From: Trueperaceae bacterium
GTDB taxonomy: Bacteria; Deinococcota; Deinococci; Deinococcales; Trueperaceae
NCBI GenBank assembly: GCA_965215565.1
Contig: CBDCDZ010000004.1
Span: 4,256,001 to 4,320,000 of the forward strand
Length of the DNA: 64,000 bases
Direction of reading: 5' to 3'
A program made the translations under genes and the position numbers. The notes below the pieces were generated by a model. That model was not told the DNA's origin, searched no databases, and saw only the letters and a program-made list of their open reading frames with translations. The stretch's first letter is position 1. The number at the start of each line of letters is the position of its first letter. Shown piece after piece: positions 38,316 to 48,603 of the stretch.

Positions 38316-41078
38316 TCAAACGCGGTTCTTAGAGCTTAAAAAGAGGTCAGCACCTCTTCCTAGTTCCACCTTGAACGCCTCTTCCAACACTGCGGTCTCT
38401 AACGTCACGACTCGTTTCTCTCGCAGATAGACGAGTTGCACCTCCGGCGTCACGCCGCGCACCTCTTTAATCGCTCGGAGGTAGACCGCGAGTTGAAAGT
38501 GATAGCGCTCCGGCTCGATACTTTGGTCCGTCTTGTAGTCCTCTAAAATCCACCGCTCGCCTACGCGGTAGAGGCGGTCGATGACGCCTTGCCAGACGGT
38601 TGCGTTGTGTGGCAGCGCCATCGGCAGTTCAGGATAGTCTTCGTCCCTCGAGGCGAGCGCGGGGAGAGCGCCGCCTAAGAGCGCTTCGTAGTTCGCCAGC
38701 AACCCCTTCACCTCTCCTAAAATATCTCCCTGCTCCCCTTCGCTAAAAGGGAACATGACCTCTTGCGCCCCCAAATTCGCCAAGTGCACGGGGTTGTCCG
38801 CGCGCCAGTTCTGCGAAATAGCGTAGTGGACTAAGGTGCCTACCGTGCGCGAGCGTCCCGGCAACCGCTCGCCCTCGTCGGGGTCGGAGATGGGCAGCGG
38901 CTCGAAACTCTCGGTTCCCTTGAGGCTCGAGGGTGATGACACAGGTGGGTGCGGGTGTGGCGGAAAGAATCGTTCTACCCAGGGAGACGTTTGGAGTTCG
39001 TGGCGCTTGTGTTCGCCTAAAGAGGCCGCCTGAACAGATTTGTACGCCCACGTCTTCAGCACGAAGTCGGGGCGCTCCCAAGCGGCTGCGCCCGCGCCTA
39101 AGCCCATCGTGTCCAGACCCTTCGCCCACCCGTCAGGCTCGCCCCCCTTCACGCTGCCGCTCATCAGCAACACGTCCCGCGCCCGCGACGCCGCGACGTA
39201 GAGCAGGCGGTAACTCTCCGCCTCTTCTCGAGCTTTCATCCCTTCGCGTAGCGCTTCGAACTGGGGCGTACCTGCGAGCGCGATACGTCCGGTTTTGGGC
39301 TCGAGGTAGAGGGGCTGCGGGTGATGATAGTGCTTTCTACCCAGATCGAACACGGCGACGACGGGCCACTCGAGCCCCTTCGCCCGGTGCACCGTGAGGA
39401 GCGACACCCCCTCGCCGCTCTGCGGCACGTCGCCCGCCTCGGCTTGGCGGCTCAGGAGGTCTAGGCGTTCTAGGAGGACTTCGAGATCGCCCGGCGGCCT
39501 CTCCGCCACCGTGAAGAGAAGCGCGTCCACGTTCTCCCTCGCCCGCGCCTCCAAAAAGTCCACGTAGCGCGCGCCGCCGATGAAGGGCTCACGGATCAAG
39601 AACTTGAGCGCGGCGAGGGGCGTCGCTCTGACCTCTTCGCGAATCCTTTCCAACCGCTTGAACACGTCGGGGTGGTCCGCTTCCAGGCGCGCTAAGGGGT
39701 CCTCCGCCGAAAGAACCCGGTCGAGTTCGTCCAGCGCGAGCGCGGCGAACGGGCTCCGCAGCCACGCGCCTAAGCTTAGACCTGACGGATCGACGCCGAC
39801 GCGCAGCGCGTGGTAGAGGTCGCGCACCTCGAGGCGCTCGTAGTAGCCGCGCCCTTGTAGGAGGACGTAGGGGAGACCCACCGCCTCCAGCGCCGCCTCC
39901 ATAGTGGCGAGCCCGGCGTACGACTTCGCCAAAACCGCCATCTGGCTCGGCGGGTAGGACGCGCTCAGCGCCGAAAGCTGCTCGGCTAGAAGGTGCGCCT
40001 CATAGCGGCGCAAGTCGCCTATGGGCGCGTCGCCCGTCACCCAGTGGAGCGCGACGCGCCCGCGCTTCTGCGCCTGCTCGCCCGCTGCGAACACCTCGGG
40101 CGCTTCCTCTTCGCTAAAGCCCAAGCCGTGTTCGGCAAAGGTGCGCGTCATCCCGTTGAGAAAGCGGGTCAAGACGGCGGCGTGGCGGCGCGTTTGGTCG
40201 AGGGGCGCGAGGACTTCGCCGCGAGTGAGGGCGCGGCGGAAGACCTCGACGTCGGCGCTCCGAAAGCCGTAGATGGACTGCTTGGGGTCGCCGACAACTT
40301 CGATGTGGATACCGCTCGTCTCGAGCCGCTCGAAGAACTCCCCTTGCAGCGGGTTCACGTCCTGAAACTCGTCTACGAGCACGACGCGGTAGCGCTCCGC
40401 GAGACGTGCCAGGGTGTCCTTCGTCTGGACCATCACGAGCGCGCGCCGCTCGACTTCGGCGGGCGGCAAGAGTCGCGCGCCGAGCCGCACGCGGTAGCGG
40501 TCATAGACCGCGCCGAAGAGTTTGAGGAGGGCGGCGTTGTGGGGAGCGTGGGTATCTTCACCCGCCTCGAAGCGCGCCGCCAGCGAACGCTGTTTGAAGA
40601 GGTGCAAGAGGAGCGGCTTCGCTTGCGCGCCGAGCGCGCTCAGGACAGGGTAGAGGCTGTGCTGGGGGTCGTCGGCGAGGTAGAGCAGCGAGGTCAACTC
40701 CTCTTCGAACATCACGGACGCCTCCCACTCGCCGAGCGTCTTTGCGTCCGGATCCAGACCCAATTGCGGCGCGACGAGCCGGAGTGCGTTCGTCATGAAG
40801 CCGTGGATGGTGGTCAGCGTCGCGCCGCTCAGCTCGAGGTCCGCCTCCTCGAACGCTGCTCTCGCACTGGCGCTCGGGCAGAGGTCTAAGTAGCGTCCGG
40901 TTGTCAGCACCGCCCGCAAGCCCGCGCCGACGCGCTGACGCAACTCGTTCGCGGCGGTGCGCGTGAAGGTCACGCCCGCGACGCGGCGCAAGGGTGTGCC
41001 TTCGCCGACTAACTCCAGATAGCGCCGCACCAAACTCGTCGTCTTGCCCGTGCCCGCCGAGGCGACACGCACCCTCAC
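38316..41078 (-). CDS. addA: AddA-like UvrD helicase with C-terminal PD-(D/E)xK nuclease
   Basis: ASAGTGKT, DEFQD, VGDPKQSIYGFR, TVHRAKGLEW, RLLYVA.SRA, GVIDRL...DYKT. Confidence 0.85.
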   Translation of the reverse strand: MRVRVASAGTGKTTSLVRRYLELVGEGTPLRRVAGVTFTRTAANELRQRVGAGLRAVLTTGRYLDLCPSASARAAFEEADLELSGATLTTIHGFMTNALRLVAPQLGLDPDAKTLGEWEASVMFEEELTSLLYLADDPQHSLYPVLSALGAQAKPLLLHLFKQRSLAARFEAGEDTHAPHNAALLKLFGAVYDRYRVRLGARLLPPAEVERRALVMVQTKDTLARLAERYRVVLVDEFQDVNPLQGEFFERLETSGIHIEVVGDPKQSIYGFRSADVEVFRRALTRGEVLAPLDQTRRHAAVLTRFLNGMTRTFAEHGLGFSEEEAPEVFAAGEQAQKRGRVALHWVTGDAPIGDLRRYEAHLLAEQLSALSASYPPSQMAVLAKSYAGLATMEAALEAVGLPYVLLQGRGYYERLEVRDLYHALRVGVDPSGLSLGAWLRSPFAALALDELDRVLSAEDPLARLEADHPDVFKRLERIREEVRATPLAALKFLIREPFIGGARYVDFLEARARENVDALLFTVAERPPGDLEVLLERLDLLSRQAEAGDVPQSGEGVSLLTVHRAKGLEWPVVAVFDLGRKHYHHPQPLYLEPKTGRIALAGTPQFEALREGMKAREEAESYRLLYVAASRARDVLLMSGSVKGGEPDGWAKGLDTMGLGAGAAAWERPDFVLKTWAYKSVQAASLGEHKRHELQTSPWVERFFPPHPHPPVSSPSSLKGTESFEPLPISDPDEGERLPGRSRTVGTLVHYAISQNWRADNPVHLANLGAQEVMFPFSEGEQGDILGEVKGLLANYEALLGGALPALASRDEDYPELPMALPHNATVWQGVIDRLYRVGERWILEDYKTDQSIEPERYHFQLAVYLRAIKEVRGVTPEVQLVYLREKRVVTLETAVLEEAFKVELGRGADLFLSSKNRV

Positions 41079-41097
41079 GCGAACCCTACCCTAAGCA

Positions 41098-43458
41098 CTA
41101 TCTTTGCCCCACCCGGCAGAGGTCGAAGACGCGGCACGCGCGGCAGACGAAGCCGGGTTTGGGCGTTACGTCGCCCGCTGAAAAGCGCGCGAAGGCGCGT
41201 TCGGCTTTCTGTTGCCTCGAGGCGATCTGCCGCCACACGTAGCCTATCGGCGCATCAAACACGTCGATGGGTTCACCCAACACGGGCCACACGTAGAGCC
41301 GCACGCCGGAGATGCGCGGACCGTACGTATCTAAGAGGTGCCCCGCCGCCCACAGCTCGTTCCAGCGGTGCAGCCCTCGCAGCCAGCGTTCGGCGTCCTC
41401 GCGGCTCCACGTGCCGGGCTCCACAAAGGTGTAGAGCCGCATCTCCGTCCCGCTGCGCCCCGCCGCGTCGAGCAGGGCGAAGGGTCCGCCCTGCCCATCA
41501 TGGCGACGCTCAGGTAGAGAAACGCCGAAGGTGAGCGGCAAGAGGTCGTCTTCGAACTGGGCGAGCCACGCCGCCGCTTCGGGGTAGCTCGCTTTGAGGG
41601 CGTCCAAGCGTGCCGCGCCCAAGGTGCGCCGCGCGCGCAATTCGCGCACCAGTTCGCGCCACCACACTACCTCTTCGTCCGCCACGCGCCGCTCCGCCCA
41701 GTAGCGAAAGCCGCACTCGGCGTAGCGCGACAGAGCTTGAACGCGGGGCGAACCGAGCGCGACTCGGCTCAGCGAAGGGGTGAAGGTGGCAGCGCTGCTC
41801 AGCTCGAGCCGACTCCCCGCCGCTACCTCCGGCAGCGGGGTACACGCGTCACCGACGAGCGCAAGCTCCGGGACGAGCGGCCCGCCCTGGTCCGCCTCGG
41901 GATAGGTGATGATGACCTCGTCGCCCCGCGTGAGCAGTTCGGCGAAGAGCGCCCCGTCGCGCCCCAGAAATCGCTTTGGAAGTCCCGGCGCACCGCGCGG
42001 ACTGCTCGAGGGGTTCAGCAGAGCGAAAACAGCCTCCCACGTCCCCCGCCCCTCCTCCGGTGTGAAGTAATCCTCCGCCTCGCCCACCGTGTACGCCCCC
42101 TCCACCGCGTGCGCCAGATAGACCCGTTTGAAACGCCGCCCCGAGGCGAGTTTCGCGGTGAGGAGCGCGACGCCCCCTTTGGGACGTGAGAAGAGGGCGG
42201 TCTCCTGCAGCAGCGCGCCCCACCAGGCGCGAAACTGCGCGCCCTTGGCGAGCTGCGCGGCTTCTTTCGCACGCTCTAAAGCGTGGTCTCTAAAGGTACC
42301 CCAGTCGAAGCGCTCGGCGTTTTTGACGCCGAATTCGGGCAGGCTCGCCACCAAATCCTGCGCCCAGGCGAGTTCACCGTCGGGTACGTCTAAGCGCGCG
42401 AGCCACGCGCGCCAACTCGCGCTCTCGCCCACCTCTTGTGCCAGGAGGGTCAGCGCCTCGCGCCCCGCCACGCCGCGCTTTAGGGCGGCTTTCGCCAAGG
42501 GCGCAAGCTCGGGTATGGCTAAGAGCCTCGAGGCCGTCGGGTAGTCCGGCAACTCCAAGAGGTCCAAGAGCAGGCGTCCTTGCGGCGTCTCGGCGAGCGC
42601 CTTGGGCGTCTCGTCCATGAGCGGCACGCCGTACTCGTCCGCTAGGGATAAAAACGCTCGCACCTCCCGCTCGGGTAAGATGACCGCCAAGTCCAAGGCG
42701 TCGTAGCCGCTCGCCAAGTCGCGCTTCAAGGCGCGTAAGAGCCAGCGCGACTGGAAGACGGGGTTGGGGGCGCGGTGCGCTACTACCTTACAGGCGTACG
42801 TGCGCGCAACCTCTTCGCTCGCTGTTTCACCAGGCGGCGCGCCCGGCAAGCTCAGCCACACGCCTACTCGATGCTGAGAGAGCGCCCTGTAAAGCTCGAG
42901 TTCTAAGGGTCCAACCTCTCTAAACCCGTCCACGATGATGAGGTCGGGCTCGAGTTCGAGGTCGGCGGAGCGTGCTAGGTGGAGCGCCTCGAGCCTGAAG
43001 TCGTCATAGTCCCACGCTTCACCTTTGAGTTCTTCGTACAGGCGCAAAACGGCGCGAAAGCGCGTCGTCTCCTCGTCGTGCGCCCTGACCTCTCGCCACG
43101 TCAGCCCGAAGCGCTTCGCCTCGGCTACCCCGCGCGTGAAGAGTCGCGCCTCGCCCGGCGAGGGCAATTCGTTACGCAGCTTTTTGAGCGCCTCGCCTAC
43201 CAGCGCGATGCGCCCCGTACCGACGACGAGCGGCTTGAGTTTCAGCGCGTGCGCGAGCAGGCGGTAGTAGACCTGCTGTGAGGAGAGGAACTCGAGTCCC
43301 AAAACCGCGCCCTCCTCCGCGAGCCGCCTATAGAGGTAACTTCGCTGACTCGGCAAGCCCACCCACCACACGCGCTCGCCCCGCCGCGCCGCCTCTCTCG
43401 CGACGCCTAAAAGCCTCGTCGTCTTGCCCGAGCCCGGTGGACCGATGAGGAGGTTCAC
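41098..43458 (-). CDS. addB: AddB-like partner subunit with Fe-S cysteines
   Basis: GPPGSGKT, IVDGF, Y.EC.F and CRAC....LC four-Cys staple; upstream of the AddA-like gene. Confidence 0.75.
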   Translation of the reverse strand: MNLLIGPPGSGKTTRLLGVAREAARRGERVWWVGLPSQRSYLYRRLAEEGAVLGLEFLSSQQVYYRLLAHALKLKPLVVGTGRIALVGEALKKLRNELPSPGEARLFTRGVAEAKRFGLTWREVRAHDEETTRFRAVLRLYEELKGEAWDYDDFRLEALHLARSADLELEPDLIIVDGFREVGPLELELYRALSQHRVGVWLSLPGAPPGETASEEVARTYACKVVAHRAPNPVFQSRWLLRALKRDLASGYDALDLAVILPEREVRAFLSLADEYGVPLMDETPKALAETPQGRLLLDLLELPDYPTASRLLAIPELAPLAKAALKRGVAGREALTLLAQEVGESASWRAWLARLDVPDGELAWAQDLVASLPEFGVKNAERFDWGTFRDHALERAKEAAQLAKGAQFRAWWGALLQETALFSRPKGGVALLTAKLASGRRFKRVYLAHAVEGAYTVGEAEDYFTPEEGRGTWEAVFALLNPSSSPRGAPGLPKRFLGRDGALFAELLTRGDEVIITYPEADQGGPLVPELALVGDACTPLPEVAAGSRLELSSAATFTPSLSRVALGSPRVQALSRYAECGFRYWAERRVADEEVVWWRELVRELRARRTLGAARLDALKASYPEAAAWLAQFEDDLLPLTFGVSLPERRHDGQGGPFALLDAAGRSGTEMRLYTFVEPGTWSREDAERWLRGLHRWNELWAAGHLLDTYGPRISGVRLYVWPVLGEPIDVFDAPIGYVWRQIASRQQKAERAFARFSAGDVTPKPGFVCRACRVFDLCRVGQR

Positions 43459-43529
43459 GCGCTTACTATACCTGGGTAGGGAAGAGGGTGCTCAGGAGGG
43501 GTTCCACAACTAAGCAGTGTTTCAGCATG

Positions 43530-43910
43530 TCAGGTCGTTCTAAAAATGAGATAGAGAAGCGCGAGGTGAATGAGCGCCAACAACGCCGCACCATAAATTA
43601 AGAGGCGAGAATGCGGCGTACGGAACTCGTACTGAGGACGCGCTGAAAGTCGCCAGTGCAGCCCCGCATGAACCACCATGAAGAGGTCGAGCCCTATCAT
43701 CGTCCAAAGCTGCGTTACTTCGTTAGGAAAAGCGACAAGCCAGAGGAGCACGGCGACAACCGGAACGTGAAGGAGGACGAAAGCGCGCCGCGCCGCGTCG
43801 TCGGGCATGGTGCGCAGCACGAAAAGAAGACGCCATTCGCGTTTGTGAACGGCGTCGAGTTCGTGGGCGAGCAACGTTGAAAAGGCGAGGTAGAAGATGA
43901 GGTCGAGCAC
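43530..43910 (-). CDS. Small membrane protein (DUF6713-like)
   Basis: HELDA...EWRL, HAGLH. Confidence 0.7.
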   Translation of the reverse strand: MLDLIFYLAFSTLLAHELDAVHKREWRLLFVLRTMPDDAARRAFVLLHVPVVAVLLWLVAFPNEVTQLWTMIGLDLFMVVHAGLHWRLSARPQYEFRTPHSRLLIYGAALLALIHLALLYLIFRTT

Positions 43911-43915
43911 AAGTT

Positions 43916-44134
43916 TTATATACTACCTGCGTCGCGGTCAAGTACGACTCGGTCTTCTAGAGGCACTGAGTCGTAGTCGGGAAGTTTTAGTTCCTTGACG
44001 AATCCAGCTAGGGACAAAAGCGCGTCGAGGTCCTTTTTGCGCAAAGAGGTATCATCCACCTCTCGAGTGGAGTCAAGGCCTGTTTCTCCGGTGCGCAAAA
44101 GTTGCTCATCAGGTTGGTCATCCGTCCGTTTCAT
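43916..44134 (-). CDS. Hypothetical protein
   Basis: 72-aa ORF with ATGA coupling to the upstream gene. Confidence 0.5.
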   Translation of the reverse strand: MKRTDDQPDEQLLRTGETGLDSTREVDDTSLRKKDLDALLSLAGFVKELKLPDYDSVPLEDRVVLDRDAGSI

Positions 44135-45123
44135 GACCCTACTATCCTACGCTTCTTCATGAGGTCTGTCTGTTCATGAAATTCGCCATAGCGAACCAGC
44201 ACTTTGACGGGTCGAAGCTCACCTCTTACAATGTGTTCAAACGTCCCCGGTAAATCTGCCGCGTCCACCTCGAGGTCAAAGAGCGCCGTCAATTTGAAGA
44301 GGTTGGGCAAGCCGAAAAACCACCTCGCGTGCTCCCGGTAATCCTCGCCGTCACTCGAGCCCACCACCCTGAGTTCCTTTTGGTGAAAGTGCGGCGTGAG
44401 TTCGAGCGGTTCTAGGTTGCCGTCGGCGAGAATGCAGATGCGCCCGTTTGCTCGGAGCTTGTTTTGCAAAAGTGCGAAGGCGGCGTTGCGGCTCGAGCAC
44501 TCCAGCCCAACTGTGTAAGAGGTCTGCGCGCCCCTAACCTCTTCGGGCGTAAAGACGTTGGTTGCGCCTAGCTGGTGGGCAAGCTCGAGCCGCGCCCTTA
44601 GAGGGTCTACGACATCTATGTGTATGGTTATGTGTATGGTGCCGAGCGCTTTGAGGACGAAGAGCGTCAGGAGCCCAATTGCCCCTGCACCCGTCACGAG
44701 CACCCGTTCGCCTGGCTGCGGCGCGACTTTGAGCACACCCCGCTTCACGTCGTTCGAGAGGATGGCGAGCAGCGCTAGGCGCGGGTCTATGTCTTTAGGC
44801 ACTGGGATGAGCCTGGGGGCACCGAGAACTGCGTGCGTGACGTAACCCTCGAACGTGACGACGGGGTCTCCTACATGAAAATCTCCGACCGCTTCGCCCA
44901 CCGCTTCCACCACGCCATAGGTTTCGTAGCCGGTCATCTTGGGATAGGTGACGTGTGCGGGGTTTCTCGAGCTACCCATAAAGAGCGGCACTTCCGTGCC
45001 GAGGCTGACGGCGCTAAAGCGCGTGCGGACGAGGACCTCATCCTTCTGGAGAGGCGGGAGCGGTTGCGCCTGCCACACCAAAGTGCGTGGCGCAGTGAGC
45101 AGGAGAGCGTGCGAGCGGTCCAT
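44131..45123 (-). CDS. MDR/zinc-type alcohol dehydrogenase-like protein
   Basis: SLGTE, GYE..G.V..VG, GAGAIG. Confidence 0.85.
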   Translation of the reverse strand: MDRSHALLLTAPRTLVWQAQPLPPLQKDEVLVRTRFSAVSLGTEVPLFMGSSRNPAHVTYPKMTGYETYGVVEAVGEAVGDFHVGDPVVTFEGYVTHAVLGAPRLIPVPKDIDPRLALLAILSNDVKRGVLKVAPQPGERVLVTGAGAIGLLTLFVLKALGTIHITIHIDVVDPLRARLELAHQLGATNVFTPEEVRGAQTSYTVGLECSSRNAAFALLQNKLRANGRICILADGNLEPLELTPHFHQKELRVVGSSDGEDYREHARWFFGLPNLFKLTALFDLEVDAADLPGTFEHIVRGELRPVKVLVRYGEFHEQTDLMKKRRIVGS

Positions 45124-45488
45124 CTAGCGTTACACTATGACACGACTGGGTTTGGCGTCGGCGCGCGCGCCGACGTTACAAAACTCACCCAGAGAACGTA
45201 CCAGAATTGTTGAGAACGCACCGCTCGAGCTGGATAGATTTGTGGGGGCTACGTGCTGCCTTCTACCGGCTGCTCGACGCTTTTGACCCTGTGCTACATC
45301 CGCGAATTCGAGCGTTTTATGGATGCGCAATGAAAAACTTCACAAAGGTGCGTTATGCTTGACAACATGCGGGGCACATCTATGAAAATTACCGAAATGA
45401 CATTGGCGTGGCGCAGTCATCCCTTAATGCACGTGCTAAGCAGTATTTCTGAACGTGAGGCTGGCTCCAATCAGATGAGACATATGCT

Positions 45489-48400
45489 ATGACGACGTTC
45501 AGCAAAAGTCTAGCCTTTCTTTTGGGGTTTGGCATCACCTTTCTACCTCTTTACGGGCCCCTACTCGGGCTGCTCCTCTTCTTCTCGACGCGCTGGACGG
45601 TGCGGCGCTTCGACGCGCTCTGGTGGGGCGCAGCGCTCCTCTTCGCGCTGCCGCTTTTAGTGCGCGGTGACGTGACGGGCTTCTTCTTTAGCGGCGTGCA
45701 GATTTTGGCACCTTGGCTCGTCTACCGCGCGTTCGCCCAGCTCGCGGTAGGCGGACCGAGCCTCGGCAACGCGCGGCTCTCCAAACCTGTCGGCGTTGGG
45801 CTCTTATCGGGGCTCGCGCTGGCGGTGCTCTTCGGGTGGCTCCAACTCGGCGCGGCGGGACCGCTCGGCACCGTGACGCAGACTGTCGTGGGGGTGTCGG
45901 GCTCGAGCGTGTACGGGCACACCATCTTCGTGCTCGGCGCACTCGTGGCGATTTTGCTGCCCGACATGCGCCTCAAACTCGTCTCCTTGGGGCTTTCGGC
46001 GCTGGGCATCCTGGTCTCGGGTAGCCGCGAGGCGGCGCTCGCTTGGCTGCTCGTGGCGGCGGCGCTGCTGCTCATGGGCGGCAAGCGCTCCTGGCGCAGC
46101 CGCGCCGCCGAGATCAGCTTAGTAGGCCTGATGCTGCTCGTGGCGGCGGGTATCGGGCTGCAACTCGGGTGGGGACGCGCCGGTCTGCTCGTCGATCTAG
46201 CGCCCTCTACGGATACATCCGTGAACCTTTTGCAGGGCTCCGAGCGCCCCGAAGGTGCCTGGTGGGACACGCTGGGCGTCCGCGTGGAGACGGACCGTGT
46301 GACCCTTGCCGGGCAAGAGCGCGTCAGCTACCACCTCGTCAAAGAGACGCCGGAGAGTTGGGGGCGGCTGCAACAGGTCGTGCCGCTCACGCCGAACACG
46401 CCCTATACGCTGAGCACGTGGGTGAGGGTGCCAGAGGGTGCGGTGCGGGGTTTGCCGGGCGTCCAAGGGCGCTCTCAGGCGGCGGGTTCGGCGTTTACGC
46501 TGCGCGCTACTTTGAACGGCGACGTGTGGCGGGCTGACGTCCAGGGCGCGGGGCGCGTGCTCAGCTCGGGCGTCGCCGCCGAAGAGACGACGGCGGACGG
46601 CGTCTGGCGGCGCGTCTGGGTGAGTTTCGTCTACGAGGGGGACGAGCCCCGGCTACTGTGGTGGCTCGGTCTATCGCCGGATCAGCGCATCACGGCGGGG
46701 AGCGAGGCGAGTTTCGCGGGCTTTCAGCTCGAGCGCGGAGACACGCTCACCCCTTATATGCCTGGTCCCGCCACCCAAGGGTTCAGTCTGCGCAACGCTA
46801 GGGCGTCCTACTGGGCGTCGGCGTGGCAAGGCTTCACGGCTCGCCCCATTTGGGGCGCGGGACGCGACGCCTTTAGCGAAGCGTACCGCTCCGACTGGCT
46901 CGCCCAGCGCCGCCTCCATGAGGTCCCCGAGCACGCCTACAACGTGTTTTTGACCGTTCTCTTCGAGCGCGGCGTGGTGGGCTTCGCCGGGTTACTGCTG
47001 CTGCTCTACGCGCTTACCAGAAGGGCGTATAGGGCTCGCGACGCCGCCTTTTTAGTCGTTTTCACCGCGCTGCTCGTCGCCAACATGTTCGACGCGACGC
47101 TCTTCTACGGCGGCGTCCTCTACCCCTTAGCCGCCGTCGCGGGCTGGCGGGCGGCGTCGCGGCACGTGCCCGCACCTCAAGAAGCCACCGCCAAGCAGGT
47201 CGGCGTGCGCTTGACGCTCTGCGTGACCGACTTCTTCACCGCGCTCGCCGCGTTTAACCTCGCGGCGCTCTGCTTGTGGTGGGCGAGCCAGGCGTTGGGC
47301 TTCGACGCGGGCTCTATCGTCTCGCCGACGGGCGCGATCGGCTACGCGCTCTTGCTGTGGCCCCTCATGGCGTGGCGCGAAGGGCTCTACCCCGGCTACG
47401 GTCTCACCGCGCCGCAAGAGTTGCGCAAACAGGTCTCGAGCGCCGCCTACGCCGGGCTCATCCTCGCAGCGAGCAGCGCGCTGTTTAGCGAAGAGTTGCC
47501 GGTTCCCGGTACGGTACTCGTGTTGACGGTTCTCTTCAGCGCGCTGCTCGCTCCTTCAGGGCGCACGGCTGCTAAATACGTGCTCCACCACTTCGAGCTG
47601 TGGGGGCGCGACGTGGTGATTTTAGGCGCAGGCAACGCGGGGCGGCGCGTCGCGCGGGCGCTGCAGCAGCGCCCTCTGGACGGGCTCCGCCCGGTGGCGC
47701 TCTTCGACGATGACCCGGCGAAACGTGACTTGGAAATTGAGGGTTTGCGCGTCGCAGGCACCCTTCAGGACGCGCAGACCTACGCCCAGGCGCAGGGCGT
47801 GCGCCACGCCATCGTCGCCATTTCACACGCTTCAGAAGGCACCTTAACGCAACTTCTCAACACCCAAGGACGCGCCTTTAAGCAAGTTCAGTTCGTCCCG
47901 CACATCGAAGGCTTGCCCGTCTACGGCGTGCGCACGGGCACGCTCGACAACCTCTTGGCGCTGGAGGTGGATAACGCGCTGAACTCCAAGCTCAACCAGA
48001 GCGTTAAACGCACCCTTGACCTCGTCGGCGTCACCGTCGGCGGCGTTCTCATCAGCCCCTTCTTGCTCCTCCTGATGCTCGCCATCTACATCGACTCGCC
48101 CGGGCGGGTCTTCTTCGGTCACAAGCGCGTCGGGCAGAACGGTGAGCACTTCATGACCTGGAAGTTCCGCACAATGGTTCCGAACGCGCAAGAGGTCTTG
48201 GAGGAGCACCTGGCGCGTGACCCCTTGTTGGCGCAAGAGTGGCAGACGAGCTTCAAGCTCCAACATGACCCGAGGATCACGCGCGTCGGCAAGTTCTTAC
48301 GCAAGACGAGTTTAGACGAGCTGCCGCAGCTTTGGAACGTCCTGGTCGGTGAGATGAGCCTAGTCGGACCGCGCCCCATCATCGACGAAGAGGTGCCGCG

Positions 48401-48602
48401 CTACGCTAATGCCTTTGCGCTTTACAAGCTCGTGCGTCCCGGCATGACCGGCTATTGGCAGGTCTCCGGGCGCAGTGATACGGACTATCCGCACCGCGTG
48501 GCGTTAGACAGCTTCTACATCCGCAACTGGTCGGTGTGGCTCGATATCGTGATTTTAATGGCGACGGTGAAGGTGGTGCTGGAGGGGGACGGGGCGTACT
48601 GA
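45489..48602 (+). CDS. Fusion: O-antigen ligase/Wzy_C-like membrane domain with inserted CBM-like domain, plus WbaP-type undecaprenyl-phosphate sugar phosphotransferase
   Basis: SGSR; R..YW..AW..F..RP.WG.G; HAYN..L..LFERG. C-terminal KRTLD, DSPG, KFRTM, DPRIT.VG.FLRKTSLDELPQ, SLVGPRP, PGMTG.WQ.SGR. Confidence 0.85.
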   Translation: MTTFSKSLAFLLGFGITFLPLYGPLLGLLLFFSTRWTVRRFDALWWGAALLFALPLLVRGDVTGFFFSGVQILAPWLVYRAFAQLAVGGPSLGNARLSKPVGVGLLSGLALAVLFGWLQLGAAGPLGTVTQTVVGVSGSSVYGHTIFVLGALVAILLPDMRLKLVSLGLSALGILVSGSREAALAWLLVAAALLLMGGKRSWRSRAAEISLVGLMLLVAAGIGLQLGWGRAGLLVDLAPSTDTSVNLLQGSERPEGAWWDTLGVRVETDRVTLAGQERVSYHLVKETPESWGRLQQVVPLTPNTPYTLSTWVRVPEGAVRGLPGVQGRSQAAGSAFTLRATLNGDVWRADVQGAGRVLSSGVAAEETTADGVWRRVWVSFVYEGDEPRLLWWLGLSPDQRITAGSEASFAGFQLERGDTLTPYMPGPATQGFSLRNARASYWASAWQGFTARPIWGAGRDAFSEAYRSDWLAQRRLHEVPEHAYNVFLTVLFERGVVGFAGLLLLLYALTRRAYRARDAAFLVVFTALLVANMFDATLFYGGVLYPLAAVAGWRAASRHVPAPQEATAKQVGVRLTLCVTDFFTALAAFNLAALCLWWASQALGFDAGSIVSPTGAIGYALLLWPLMAWREGLYPGYGLTAPQELRKQVSSAAYAGLILAASSALFSEELPVPGTVLVLTVLFSALLAPSGRTAAKYVLHHFELWGRDVVILGAGNAGRRVARALQQRPLDGLRPVALFDDDPAKRDLEIEGLRVAGTLQDAQTYAQAQGVRHAIVAISHASEGTLTQLLNTQGRAFKQVQFVPHIEGLPVYGVRTGTLDNLLALEVDNALNSKLNQSVKRTLDLVGVTVGGVLISPFLLLLMLAIYIDSPGRVFFGHKRVGQNGEHFMTWKFRTMVPNAQEVLEEHLARDPLLAQEWQTSFKLQHDPRITRVGKFLRKTSLDELPQLWNVLVGEMSLVGPRPIIDEEVPRYANAFALYKLVRPGMTGYWQVSGRSDTDYPHRVALDSFYIRNWSVWLDIVILMATVKVVLEGDGAY

Positions 48603-48603
48603 A

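Noticed and set aside
39993..46270. Long antisense ORFs (e.g. 39993-40889, 45722-46270)
   Set aside because: Shadow frames of GC-rich genes that have clear motifs on the other strand
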